64,000 bases of DNA from positions 1 to 64,000 of the IMG/VR virus record IMGVR_UViG_3300021364_000001; one strand, 5' to 3'. The notes beneath the pieces are model-generated. The model did no database searches. It saw nothing but the letters and a program-made list of their open reading frames with translations, and had not been told where the DNA came from. A program made the position numbers and the translations under genes. The DNA comes from a virus. Positions 52,151-60,936 of the stretch are shown piece after piece. Position 1 is the stretch's first letter, and each line of letters opens with the position of its first letter.

Positions 52151-55100
52151 TAACCGTTAAGGAGAGGAGATGCAGATGGACCACCAGCGGATTGTTTCCT
52201 ACCGCCACCCACGACTTGTGTCTGAATGACAGGTTGAACCGCGACCATTAATTGATTAGTCTTAGGTTCCTTCTCACGACGTGTCTTATCGACAGATAAT
52301 GTACTCAGTTTGTCTATCTTAGTATTTAGTGCCTCTGTCTCATCCGTTTTGACTGGTTTGAGATCAGACGCGGGTGTGGATGGTTGTGGGGCAGGAGGAG
52401 CAACAGACGGAGGTGCTTGTGGCGGAGTGGGATCAAACACACCCTCACTAGGTGTTCCACCACCCATTGCATCAGCATCCTTAGCATAATTACCTAAGAT
52501 GCCCAGTTTCTGAGCGAAGAACTCTGCCATCTTCTGTGCTGACAGATACTCAGTCTTGGCATCTACTGTGGGTTCGGCAGTCTGATTAGCAGTATCTGTA
52601 CCGCCAGTATTAGAACTACTAGAATCAGTCCCAGTCTGGGTCGTAGAACCTGTTGTGGGTGCAGTGTAGTTACCAGATCCATCAGTGCTACCACCACCAG
52701 TCAGATTCTCCCAGTGCCATGCTTCATGACCATCAGGATTGTCTGTCTCATATCCAGGAATCTGCTTGAACCCGAAAGTTCCAGCATTCATTCTCAACCA
52801 CTTATATGCACCATCAGTAAACCAGAGGTCAACTGCCTTACCTAAACCGTGGTTAGATGTACCAGGGGCAGCAGCAGTACCAGGTCCAAGACGATTGTAG
52901 AGTTCTGCTTGCTTCTCATATGAACGATAAGATGAGTTGATTCTGAATGCAGAACCCATCTTAAATCCATCATCCGATGCCTTTGCCATCATCGCCTTGA
53001 ACTTAGGCGCGACATCTTTGGCGAGTTTATGTCCACCACCAATCGATGCTAGTTGATCCTCAGGCAATCTACCATTGACAGAACCACCAGAAGCAAACTT
53101 ACCCCAATCTCTTACAGGATCTTTTGCCGACTTCTTGGTGCTCATCACCATGGGATCGACCATCTTCTTCGCCATCTTATTGTGTGCTCTTACAGCACCA
53201 CCCACTGCCATCTCAGGGAGAGTCATGGGTTCACCAGGGTCACCAGACTCTGCTGCTGACATCAATGCATCTTCACCAGGGAATCCACCGTCAGGATCGC
53301 GGATCAGTTTTCTCTGTGCAAAGTCACCACCGATCATCTTAGCGATCGGGTCATCAGTCTCTGCTAACCAGGGTATCTTATAAAGGAGTTTCAGCAACTG
53401 TTCTGCTGCCCACTCACCAGCAAAACCACCTGCCATACCAGTGATAAAACCAGGTACACCACCAAACGGAGCACCGATAGCGAAACCAGCAGAGTAACCT
53501 AACAGACCACCAGTTGCTTTGAGTAGGGCGTTGATAGGTGATTCACCAAACATACCATAGTCCATGAGTGCCATGACTAGGGCAACGATCTTATCGATAC
53601 CACCAATCTTGGCATTCGCTTTTGCTGCTTTCAAGAACTCACGCATGTTCTTGAATCCAGGATTCTGGAATCCTGCTTTCAGAGCACCACCGATGGAATC
53701 CTTGATCTTGTCCATCTTGATCCCACCAAGAGGACCCTTCGGTGGGGAGTTGGCAAGATCCTTGACCTGCTTACCAATAGGATTCTTTTCTAAGAGAGGA
53801 CCAACGAAGTCCTTGACCTTCGCCATCGCCTTGTCGCGAAGCGCAGCAGGATTCTTTGCTAGTTCTGCAACATCACCAATCGCTTTTCCTGCTTTGGCAC
53901 CAAAGTCCCAGATACCTTGACCCAGACTCTTGACACCACCAATCAGTCTCTCACCACCCTCAGCAAACCATTTGTTTAGATTTTGGAATGCACCAACAGT
54001 AAATGAACCAACTGCCTTTGCACCAGTGACAGTAGCATCGACTGCTCGACCTGCAAGTCTCCTACCTCTACCAAATAAGTCACCCAGAGCGCCCATGACG
54101 CCCTTGCTGGTTGCTACTTCTTCTGCTGCTTCGGATGCTACCTTTGTACTACTTCGCTCTGCAATCTCAACGCCAGTCTTCTTCGCTACATCATCAGCGT
54201 TCTGAGCAACTGCTTTCTTTGTAGCATCATCTGCACCAGCAGGTAACAGATCCAGTGGATTAGGACACAGAGCACCAGCGACTCCACCTAGACCACGACG
54301 ACCACCACGACCGAATCTTCTTCTAGCAGCTCTATCACCAAATCTTCTTCTATATCTCTCTCGTGCAGTGAGTCTTCTACCAGAACGATCTCTCGATCCA
54401 CCTCCACCGCCGCCACCACGACTTTTCGGTGACGTTCCCTTTCGGAATGCTTCACCGATCTTACGCATTGCCTTGAAGTCGCCAATCAACTTCCAAGGCA
54501 TTAGGATACGAGATCCTACGAAGATACTTGCTAATCCTGCAACAATTTGCAGAACACCAAATACCTTATCGAGACCATTCTCGACAGCACTCTTGTTAGG
54601 ATCGTTACCAAATACTTTCGAGATCCCGTCAAGGACCTGGGTCATCCCCCACTTGGTAAACCATCGAGCAAGATCCCATATACCCTTGAAGAACTTCAAG
54701 AGTGTCTTGATCTTCTTTAAGTTTTCTGGTTTGGATAACCAGTCTAGTACACCCAGAGCAAGGAATGGAGCAACCAACTTGATCAATCCACCCATGAGCA
54801 TCTTCATGGGACTGAACAGGTTCTTCAACCATCCAAACTTAGATTTCTTCTCCTTCTTTGCTTCCTCCTCACCTATCTTCTCTTCTTTCTTCTCACTCAG
54901 TCCTTCTTGCTTTTCTTCTGCAAGTTTATCCTGCTGCAATCCTTTCTTTTTGCCCAGCATGTCTTCCTGGGCTTCAATTATCTCTACCTTATGCTTATGC
55001 TCTTTCTCTGTAACTTCTTTCTCTCTTTCTTGGAAAGCAGTGACAGAATCAGTATATGTCGTTACTACTTCTTTGAATTCTTTTGTCAGCAGACCGATGT

Positions 55101-55218
55101 CAGTCAGAACCACACCAAGACGATTGAAGGCAAACATCTGGGACTTGAATTGTTTGCCTAAATCGTCTGACCCAAACTTGGGTTTAATGGTTACAAATTT
55201 TCTGATCGTTGCTGCCAT
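52150..55218 (-). CDS. Tape-measure-like virion protein with M15/VanY-type peptidase domain
   Basis: RINSSYRSYEKQAELY...AAAPGTSNHGLGKAVDL...WLRMNAGTFGF...EAWHWE. Start MAATIRKF at 55218 overlaps the gp51 stop. Confidence 0.75.
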   Translation of the reverse strand: MAATIRKFVTIKPKFGSDDLGKQFKSQMFAFNRLGVVLTDIGLLTKEFKEVVTTYTDSVTAFQEREKEVTEKEHKHKVEIIEAQEDMLGKKKGLQQDKLAEEKQEGLSEKKEEKIGEEEAKKEKKSKFGWLKNLFSPMKMLMGGLIKLVAPFLALGVLDWLSKPENLKKIKTLLKFFKGIWDLARWFTKWGMTQVLDGISKVFGNDPNKSAVENGLDKVFGVLQIVAGLASIFVGSRILMPWKLIGDFKAMRKIGEAFRKGTSPKSRGGGGGGGSRDRSGRRLTARERYRRRFGDRAARRRFGRGGRRGLGGVAGALCPNPLDLLPAGADDATKKAVAQNADDVAKKTGVEIAERSSTKVASEAAEEVATSKGVMGALGDLFGRGRRLAGRAVDATVTGAKAVGSFTVGAFQNLNKWFAEGGERLIGGVKSLGQGIWDFGAKAGKAIGDVAELAKNPAALRDKAMAKVKDFVGPLLEKNPIGKQVKDLANSPPKGPLGGIKMDKIKDSIGGALKAGFQNPGFKNMREFLKAAKANAKIGGIDKIVALVMALMDYGMFGESPINALLKATGGLLGYSAGFAIGAPFGGVPGFITGMAGGFAGEWAAEQLLKLLYKIPWLAETDDPIAKMIGGDFAQRKLIRDPDGGFPGEDALMSAAESGDPGEPMTLPEMAVGGAVRAHNKMAKKMVDPMVMSTKKSAKDPVRDWGKFASGGSVNGRLPEDQLASIGGGHKLAKDVAPKFKAMMAKASDDGFKMGSAFRINSSYRSYEKQAELYNRLGPGTAAAPGTSNHGLGKAVDLWFTDGAYKWLRMNAGTFGFKQIPGYETDNPDGHEAWHWENLTGGGSTDGSGNYTAPTTGSTTQTGTDSSSSNTGGTDTANQTAEPTVDAKTEYLSAQKMAEFFAQKLGILGNYAKDADAMGGGTPSEGVFDPTPPQAPPSVAPPAPQPSTPASDLKPVKTDETEALNTKIDKLSTLSVDKTRREKEPKTNQLMVAVQPVIQTQVVGGGRKQSAGGPSASPLLNG

Positions 55219-55406
55219 TATAGGAATGATCCACCTTGTTTTTGCTTGGCACGTTCGCGCTCTTCTTCTTGTAGATATGCTAAAAGCAGATTCACGTAAA
55301 CATCCCTCTCCCAAGGGATCATATCTTCTAACTCAGTAAGTGAGTATTTGTGGTGTTGCATTAATGCGAAGTTAGTCTTGAACAAGTTCATGAGACTATC
55401 ATGCAT
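55218..55406 (-). CDS. gp51: Baseplate hub assembly protein gp51
   Basis: FKTNFALMQHHKYSLTELEDMIPWERDVYVNLL..YLQEE. Confidence 0.9.
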   Translation of the reverse strand: MHDSLMNLFKTNFALMQHHKYSLTELEDMIPWERDVYVNLLLAYLQEEERERAKQKQGGSFL

Positions 55407-55411
55407 TAACG

Positions 55412-56113
55412 CTATGCGAAAAAAGCGGCGAGTCCTTCCAGAATGATAGTGTTATCTACCTTGGTTTTAGGATTCGTTACCACGAACTCATGCCTGAGTT
55501 TAGGCATTGTGTCGAAGAACTTTTGAATAGATTGGAACTGTTCACTGTTCATCTCACCGAGGAATTCCTTTGCTTCTTTCTTAGTGAAAGACTCATAGGT
55601 TTCATCTCCATCGTATACCTTCTCAATGCAGTCAGCAGCAAGTTCAAAGACATCTTCGATGTCAGGATCTTCCTTCATGTTAGTATCGATGAATGCATCG
55701 AGTGAAGGATACCTCATCTGCACCTTGACAGTATCAGTGAGTTTGACAATCTTCTTGTGATCCTTAGGAACATTGACTTCAATCTCATCGAGATTCAGTT
55801 GAACATCAACCTGAGTCTCTCCATCATCTTGACATGTGACTTTGAATTCACTAACCTCACCAACCGCCTTGGATCTAATCTTCAAGAAAAGATACTCGAT
55901 CTCAAACGTGGCAAGTTTCTCAACGTTAGGAACGTTGGTACATGCTTTAAGGATTTGCTTCACTGCTCGAATCATCTCCTTCTCGTTCTGGGACTCCATC
56001 GCGAGATAGAGGAGTTTTTCTTCTTTTACGAGGAAAGGTCGGTATGTGACCTTAGTACCACTGACAGGGAGTTTACACTCATAATCAGGCACTACAAGTT
56101 TAGGTAAAGGCAT
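55412..56113 (-). CDS. gp26: Baseplate hub subunit gp26
   Basis: MPLPKL..P.Y...LP.SG..V.YRPFLVKEEK.L..A.E...DIEYLFL.IRSK.VGE. Confidence 0.95.
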   Translation of the reverse strand: MPLPKLVVPDYECKLPVSGTKVTYRPFLVKEEKLLYLAMESQNEKEMIRAVKQILKACTNVPNVEKLATFEIEYLFLKIRSKAVGEVSEFKVTCQDDGETQVDVQLNLDEIEVNVPKDHKKIVKLTDTVKVQMRYPSLDAFIDTNMKEDPDIEDVFELAADCIEKVYDGDETYESFTKKEAKEFLGEMNSEQFQSIQKFFDTMPKLRHEFVVTNPKTKVDNTIILEGLAAFFA

Positions 56114-56147
56114 AATCAGAAAATGACGATGTAATTATTTAGACGAG

Positions 56148-56894
56148 TTATCCGATGCTGAATCTCTGCACATCGGGGTTACCAGAACCTTCTACTTTGG
56201 TTCTAATCTCACTGAACGTGAATGTTTGTGCTCTGCCACCCTTCGTTTTCAGGGTCTTAGGAGATACTTGGTCGAATCTGTAACGCTCGAAGTAGAACTG
56301 AATATCCATTTGTAGAAGTCCAGTCTGTTCGTTATCAAACGTTTGAGTGCTGATGTTTGTAGGGAATGCACCAAACAGTTTCCACACACCAGTTGCTTGC
56401 ATGGGGTGCATACCTTTCTTGTTCTTGCCAGTTCTCTCGTCTCTTTGCGTCAACTTAAAGTTGGCACCATGCTCCCACTTGACGATCTGCAAATCAACAG
56501 TATAGTCGTCATAGAATGCTACGCTGTTGTCAGAATCAGAAGCAGCAGAGTGTAACCATGCTTCAAAGAAATCTCTATGCATCTGGTCCTTTGTAACCAA
56601 AAACGAGATAGTAATCTCTGAGTTGGTTTGTCCAGTAGCAAATCGACGCATCATACCAAAGTTATTAATCTCACTTGTAGTGAGTGCTCTACTTGGTGTA
56701 GTTACAGAAGCAGCATAGTAGTTGATAGTCTCATAGACTCTTTTAATACGAGCACCATTCACTGCACCATTCCCACCTTGACCAAATATGGGAGGTGCAG
56801 GAATCATGATCTGAAACAGATTGGTAGTTGCTGGTGCCAGGGCATTAGTAGCAACCAGATCTCTGAATGTATTAAATCTATTGGGACTTCCCAC
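56148..56894 (-). CDS. Tail tube-like protein (gp19/gp54 family)
   Basis: LAPATTNLFQI...ASVTTPSR...ITISF......RDFFEAW...YDDY..DLQI...WKLFGAFPTNIS. Confidence 0.75.
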   Translation of the reverse strand: MGSPNRFNTFRDLVATNALAPATTNLFQIMIPAPPIFGQGGNGAVNGARIKRVYETINYYAASVTTPSRALTTSEINNFGMMRRFATGQTNSEITISFLVTKDQMHRDFFEAWLHSAASDSDNSVAFYDDYTVDLQIVKWEHGANFKLTQRDERTGKNKKGMHPMQATGVWKLFGAFPTNISTQTFDNEQTGLLQMDIQFYFERYRFDQVSPKTLKTKGGRAQTFTFSEIRTKVEGSGNPDVQRFSIG

Positions 56895-57364
56895 TATTGT
56901 CTACTCCAAATGATGGAACTAGGAACGTCAAGATATCGACCCACAACATTCATAGTGAATTGCTCCAAGGGGAGCGGATACTTCATATCTTTGAGGTCAG
57001 CAGATGAGACCGTCTTGATATTACTTGCATTTGACATAAAGTATTTATGGTGGCAGCGACGAGGATATGATACGGATCCCCCGCCCCAAGATTTAGCAAC
57101 AGATACTCTGGTGCTAGGTCTAAGATAATGTATGTTTCCACCAGAGAACTGCTGGTTTGCCATGTCAATATCTGTAATCAGTACCATCGGGTACTTATCA
57201 TAGAATGGCAGATCTTTGGTTGCCGCAGAGTATGCAAAGAATATAACGTCACCTACCTTAAATCCCTTAGAATCAGGCAATCCATAAAATACCTGAGACC
57301 GATACCAGTCCTTAGACTTCTTACCCCCTCCTGCTAATTCTTTAACGTCGTTGAAGATGCTCAT
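56894..57364 (-). CDS. gp2: DNA end protector gp2-like
   Basis: KSKDWYR...FFAYSA...LPFYDKYPMVL...FSGGNIHYL; next to gp4. Confidence 0.8.
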   Translation of the reverse strand: MSIFNDVKELAGGGKKSKDWYRSQVFYGLPDSKGFKVGDVIFFAYSAATKDLPFYDKYPMVLITDIDMANQQFSGGNIHYLRPSTRVSVAKSWGGGSVSYPRRCHHKYFMSNASNIKTVSSADLKDMKYPLPLEQFTMNVVGRYLDVPSSIIWSRQ

Positions 57365-57795
57365 ACCTTTAACTCGTGTTCTGTGAGTATCATGAATTCC
57401 ATCTTACGATCAGCACAATATTCTTTTGCTGCCTTCCACTTCGCATCATTGACAGCATACGTCTTAACTTCGCTCAGATACCTCTTAGTAACTCGTTTCT
57501 GTTTCTTGGGGGGAAGGGTCTGCTTCGACGGTTTAACCTCGATAATGAACCTCTGAGTCCTTCCAGTCCTGGTGCGTGCTCTGACGTAGAAGTCTGGAAA
57601 ATAGCGATGAACCCTATTATCGACAGGACTAACATAGGGGATGACAATCTCTTCACTGCCCCACTCCAATACATTCTCGTTCTTATCACACCATACCATA
57701 AATTTTCTTTCCCACAAACTCCTATAAATAATATTTGTGGGATCCCCCTTATACTTATGAGTGTTTGATGGTCTAAATTTTCCTGAATAACTCAT
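57361..57795 (-). CDS. gp4: Head completion protein gp4
   Basis: YSGKFRPSN..KYKGDP.NI.YRS.WER.FM.WCD.N..VLEWGSEE..IPY.SP.D...HRYFPDF...IEVKP..Q. Confidence 0.95.
   Translation of the reverse strand: MSYSGKFRPSNTHKYKGDPTNIIYRSLWERKFMVWCDKNENVLEWGSEEIVIPYVSPVDNRVHRYFPDFYVRARTRTGRTQRFIIEVKPSKQTLPPKKQKRVTKRYLSEVKTYAVNDAKWKAAKEYCADRKMEFMILTEHELKV
57723..57730 (+). promoter_or_regulatory. Late promoter TATAAATA for gp48, inside gp4
   Basis: Exact TATAAATA about 64 nt upstream of the gp48 ATG. Confidence 0.75.
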
Positions 57796-58813
57796 GGCGA
57801 AACAAGGTAAAAAGTCTAAGAACCAGAATAAATCTCAGTCCAAAGGGGCAAAGAGTGGTGGTAGACTTATTTATCCGTTGCAGATGCCTCGTGGACCGCG
57901 AGGCAATAATGACGGATCGATTTCGCGTGACCGTACGTTTGGTACGGAGCAGATGGATTATCTCAAACTGATGATCTATGATTCTGAGAAGACTAATCAA
58001 TATACTTATTCAGGAAAAGGCAAGAACCCTGGTTCTACTGGTAATAAGGACGCTATCCTTAAAACCATCTACCTGTACCTTCCACATGAACTGAACGAGA
58101 CTTATAGCACCTCATACGATAAGGTTGCACTGGGTCCTTTCGGTGACATTGCTGTGGAAGCAATGAGATCAGGTAATATCGACAACATCGCCCAGAACAT
58201 CCAGCAAGGTGCTAAGAACGCCAAACCTGAGGTTGCTTTCAACGCAGTCTCTGGTATCTTCAATGGTGCTGCTAGTCTGTTTGGTGTTAGTGGTAACATG
58301 AACAAGAACCAACTCGCTGCTTTGGCGAAAGGAAAGGTGTTCAACCCATATGAAGAGACTGTCTTCAAAGGTGTGAACTATCGTTCTCACAACTTCAACT
58401 TCCAGATGGCACCACGCAATGCTGAGGAAGCACAAGCGATTGAGAACATCATCACGGCACTGAGAGACGCCATGCTACCCAACATCAGTGGTGATGCTCG
58501 CTGGTTGACCGTTCCTAGGTTCTTCCGTTGCGAACTGGTGAGATATACACCTGGCAAAGCGGCAACCAGAGCAAACTTGAATGATAAACTCTCTGCTCCT
58601 GAGAGAATGTCTGTTCTTTTGACATTCCCAGTGAACATGGTTCTCACTAACATGCAAGTCAACCTGACACCATCAGGTCAGCACACTTCACTTCGTACTG
58701 CGAATATGGATGGTGTTGATTATGGTCCTGCCAGTTATAACCTGCAACTCAGTTTTGACGAGACTGCATTCATCACTCGTAATATGTACAACGGCGGCAA
58801 GAAATCGAAATGA
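57794..58813 (+). CDS. gp48: Baseplate tail-tube cap gp48
   Basis: IYLYLP..L.E.YS..Y...LG.FG...FNPYEE.VFKGV..R.H.F.F...PRN.EEA..I..II. Confidence 0.9.
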   Translation: MAKQGKKSKNQNKSQSKGAKSGGRLIYPLQMPRGPRGNNDGSISRDRTFGTEQMDYLKLMIYDSEKTNQYTYSGKGKNPGSTGNKDAILKTIYLYLPHELNETYSTSYDKVALGPFGDIAVEAMRSGNIDNIAQNIQQGAKNAKPEVAFNAVSGIFNGAASLFGVSGNMNKNQLAALAKGKVFNPYEETVFKGVNYRSHNFNFQMAPRNAEEAQAIENIITALRDAMLPNISGDARWLTVPRFFRCELVRYTPGKAATRANLNDKLSAPERMSVLLTFPVNMVLTNMQVNLTPSGQHTSLRTANMDGVDYGPASYNLQLSFDETAFITRNMYNGGKKSK

Positions 58814-59769
58814 CGCATTACTTCGGATACCTACCTAACGTCAGAGTACGTGTTTCTTCGTTTAGACAGAATAACGTTGAACCGTTCGTTGCTGCAAAGA
58901 ATATCTTCCGTAGAGTGAAGATCAGAGAACAGATCCAAGACGATATTCTTGGTTTTGAGCAGTATACCGTTGGAAATAACGAAAGACCCGATCAGGTCGC
59001 TACTGAGTTGTATGATGACCCTGAATTAGATTGGGTAATCCTTCTCTGCAACAATATCATCAATATCTACAATGATTGGCCGATGAGTGAGCAGGAACTC
59101 TATGACTATGTGGCGTCCAGATACAACAATGTGAATGGAGTTCACCACCATGAGACATACGAGGTCAAAGACGACCTAGGTAATGTCTTAATGGAAGCAG
59201 GAAAGGTCGTAAACTCTACTTTTCAATATATTACTAGTGACAATATCACTGTGGTTCCTAGTGTATATCCTGTTTCTAACTATGACCACGAAAGAGCATT
59301 AAACGACGAAAAGTCGAATATCTGGGTTTTGCGTCAAGAATACATTGATGACTTTGTTGACGAATTTGAAGAACTTCTCCAATATGCTCCAAATGAAGAA
59401 TTGGGCGATGGAGAAGATATTAAGATGACAGTTGATGCTGTGGAAGAGATCTTCATTGATAAGAAACTCATTTACAGCACAGAATACGGTCTGGCACCTT
59501 CTCTGGCATTTGCTGGACAGCAAGAATTGACCAATAGAACGGTTACGACCACAACACTCGATTCTGGCGCTACGATAACTCAGACAGAGAATACCACCAG
59601 TGCAAACACGGGTTCTGGACTGATTAACTCGTCTGGGGTGCTGGCAGGTACTACGGACGCTTCTAGCACCGCTCAGACAAGTTCTAGCAGTAGTTCATCG
59701 AGCAGCAGCAGCGGATCCAGCGGATCCAGTGGTTCCAGTGGCAGTTCGGGCAGTAGTGGCGGTTACTAA
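58810..59769 (+). CDS. gp53: Baseplate wedge gp53 with Ser/Gly-rich tail
   Basis: YF..LPN...KNIFRRVKI...ERPDQVA..LYDD..LDW.ILL.NNI.N...DWP; follows gp48. Confidence 0.9.
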   Translation: MTHYFGYLPNVRVRVSSFRQNNVEPFVAAKNIFRRVKIREQIQDDILGFEQYTVGNNERPDQVATELYDDPELDWVILLCNNIINIYNDWPMSEQELYDYVASRYNNVNGVHHHETYEVKDDLGNVLMEAGKVVNSTFQYITSDNITVVPSVYPVSNYDHERALNDEKSNIWVLRQEYIDDFVDEFEELLQYAPNEELGDGEDIKMTVDAVEEIFIDKKLIYSTEYGLAPSLAFAGQQELTNRTVTTTTLDSGATITQTENTTSANTGSGLINSSGVLAGTTDASSTAQTSSSSSSSSSSSGSSGSSGSSGSSGSSGGY

Positions 59770-60011
59770 AAGAGACCGTTTTCTTTACCGTATTGGAGCA
59801 ATTCTTTTAGATGACCCACATGTTGCGCTCCAAGTGCAATTTGTGGGTAATCTGCATCTTTACCAAATTCTTGCTCAAACGCTCTTTGGGAAAAATGCTG
59901 ATTTAGGCGATATTCGAGATATTCGCCTCCAAGCGATTTGAGCAGTGCCGCTGCTCTTTCGCACTCTTGACTGCCATTAGAGTAAATTACTGCTGTCTTT
60001 GCAATGACCAT
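59766..60011 (-). CDS. Glutaredoxin-like protein (single Cys)
   Basis: AVIYSNGSQECERA..LL.......F...FG..A.YPQI......G...EL; start MVIAK at 60011. Confidence 0.8.
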   Translation of the reverse strand: MVIAKTAVIYSNGSQECERAAALLKSLGGEYLEYRLNQHFSQRAFEQEFGKDADYPQIALGAQHVGHLKELLQYGKENGLF

Positions 60012-60325
60012 TAGTCGCGTTGTCTCCAATCGTCGGGTTTGTCTTGTTTGAACCAATCTACAATTTCGTCGGCACCTGAGAACCCCGTTTTGTAATTAGA
60101 TGGGTCGGGGTCGCCTAATCCCATCTTATTCATAAAATCATCCATACTGCCCTCCTGAATATCCTGGGCAGCCTGTCGTCTTGCCTTGTTTAACCAATCT
60201 CGGGCAGTTGTATATGACTTGGCAAGTTTCTCTGCCCAGATCATATCGTCAAGTTTGACTTCTTCCTTGTTTGCGATCTTCTTGCAGATAAACTCTAATC
60301 TGAGTCTGTACTGGGTTGAGAGCAT
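60011..60325 (-). CDS. Hypothetical protein
   Basis: MLSTQYRLRLEFIC..I....EV.L.DMIWAEKL; 104 aa. Confidence 0.85.
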   Translation of the reverse strand: MLSTQYRLRLEFICKKIANKEEVKLDDMIWAEKLAKSYTTARDWLNKARRQAAQDIQEGSMDDFMNKMGLGDPDPSNYKTGFSGADEIVDWFKQDKPDDWRQRD

Positions 60326-60522
60326 ACTTCGTTGTCCGCCAGATAGTGTTCAAGTTGGTTGATGCGTTGGAATCGCTGATATGCTGCCTCAGACCGAATA
60401 TGGAGAATATACTGAATATCGTCCATAACGAGAGTAGGGTCCACACCGTCTTCCAGGTACTTATCGATAGCCTCCGTCAAATACCGTAAACGGTGCCACT
60501 CTTGTGAGTAGGGTTTATACAT
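60295..60522 (-). CDS. Hypothetical protein
   Basis: MYKPYSQEWHRLRYL.EAI..YL; downstream of a sigma70-type promoter. Confidence 0.8.
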   Translation of the reverse strand: MYKPYSQEWHRLRYLTEAIDKYLEDGVDPTLVMDDIQYILHIRSEAAYQRFQRINQLEHYLADNEVCSQPSTDSD

Positions 60523-60546
60523 GATGTGGGATTATGCTACCAAAGA

Positions 60547-60575
60547 ACTATACACAGAACTCGTGGTTCTGTCAA
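60547..60575 (-). promoter_or_regulatory. sigma70-type promoter (TTGACA-17-TATAGT)
   Basis: Plus strand actata 60547-52 and tgtcaa 60570-75. Confidence 0.75.
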
Positions 60576-60602
60576 GTATTTATGAAAAACCCTGGGGGCA
60601 AA

Positions 60603-60633
60603 AAAATACCCCGAATTTTTTTCGGGGTATTTT
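60603..60633. terminator. Intrinsic terminator (possibly bidirectional)
   Basis: aaaataccccga-attttt-tcggggtatttt inverted repeat with flanking A/T runs. Confidence 0.75.
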
Positions 60634-60657
60634 GTAAATCAAAAGTCGATTTTGGTT

Positions 60658-60936
60658 TTACCAAGTCAATCGACGACATGGAACTCGCTTGTCTCTTACT
60701 ACCTCCTTGTAGTGTCCATAGATGTAGACATCACCTCTCCAACGACCAGGAACCCACCTGGTTCGACGCACCTCTTTGATACAAGTCCTAGGTCGGATGT
60801 ACTGAGGTCGATCGTTGTAGTGAACAACCTCGATGCGATGGTCATGGTCAAACGGTTCCCAGAATTCATCCCAAGTAATTGCCTGAGCAGGGGAACCGAG
60901 TGCCAGGAGCAGGGGGAGAGCAAGAAACTTCTTCAT
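60658..60936 (-). CDS. Secreted/membrane-anchored hypothetical protein
   Basis: Signal-peptide-like MKKFLALPLLLALGSPAQA; RWVPGRW motif. Confidence 0.75.
   Translation of the reverse strand: MKKFLALPLLLALGSPAQAITWDEFWEPFDHDHRIEVVHYNDRPQYIRPRTCIKEVRRTRWVPGRWRGDVYIYGHYKEVVRDKRVPCRRLTW

Noticed and set aside
57361-57795. TnsA transposase or homing endonuclease call
   Set aside because: The sequence and its position next to gp2 and opposite gp48/gp53 match the core T4 head-completion protein gp4, which shares that fold.
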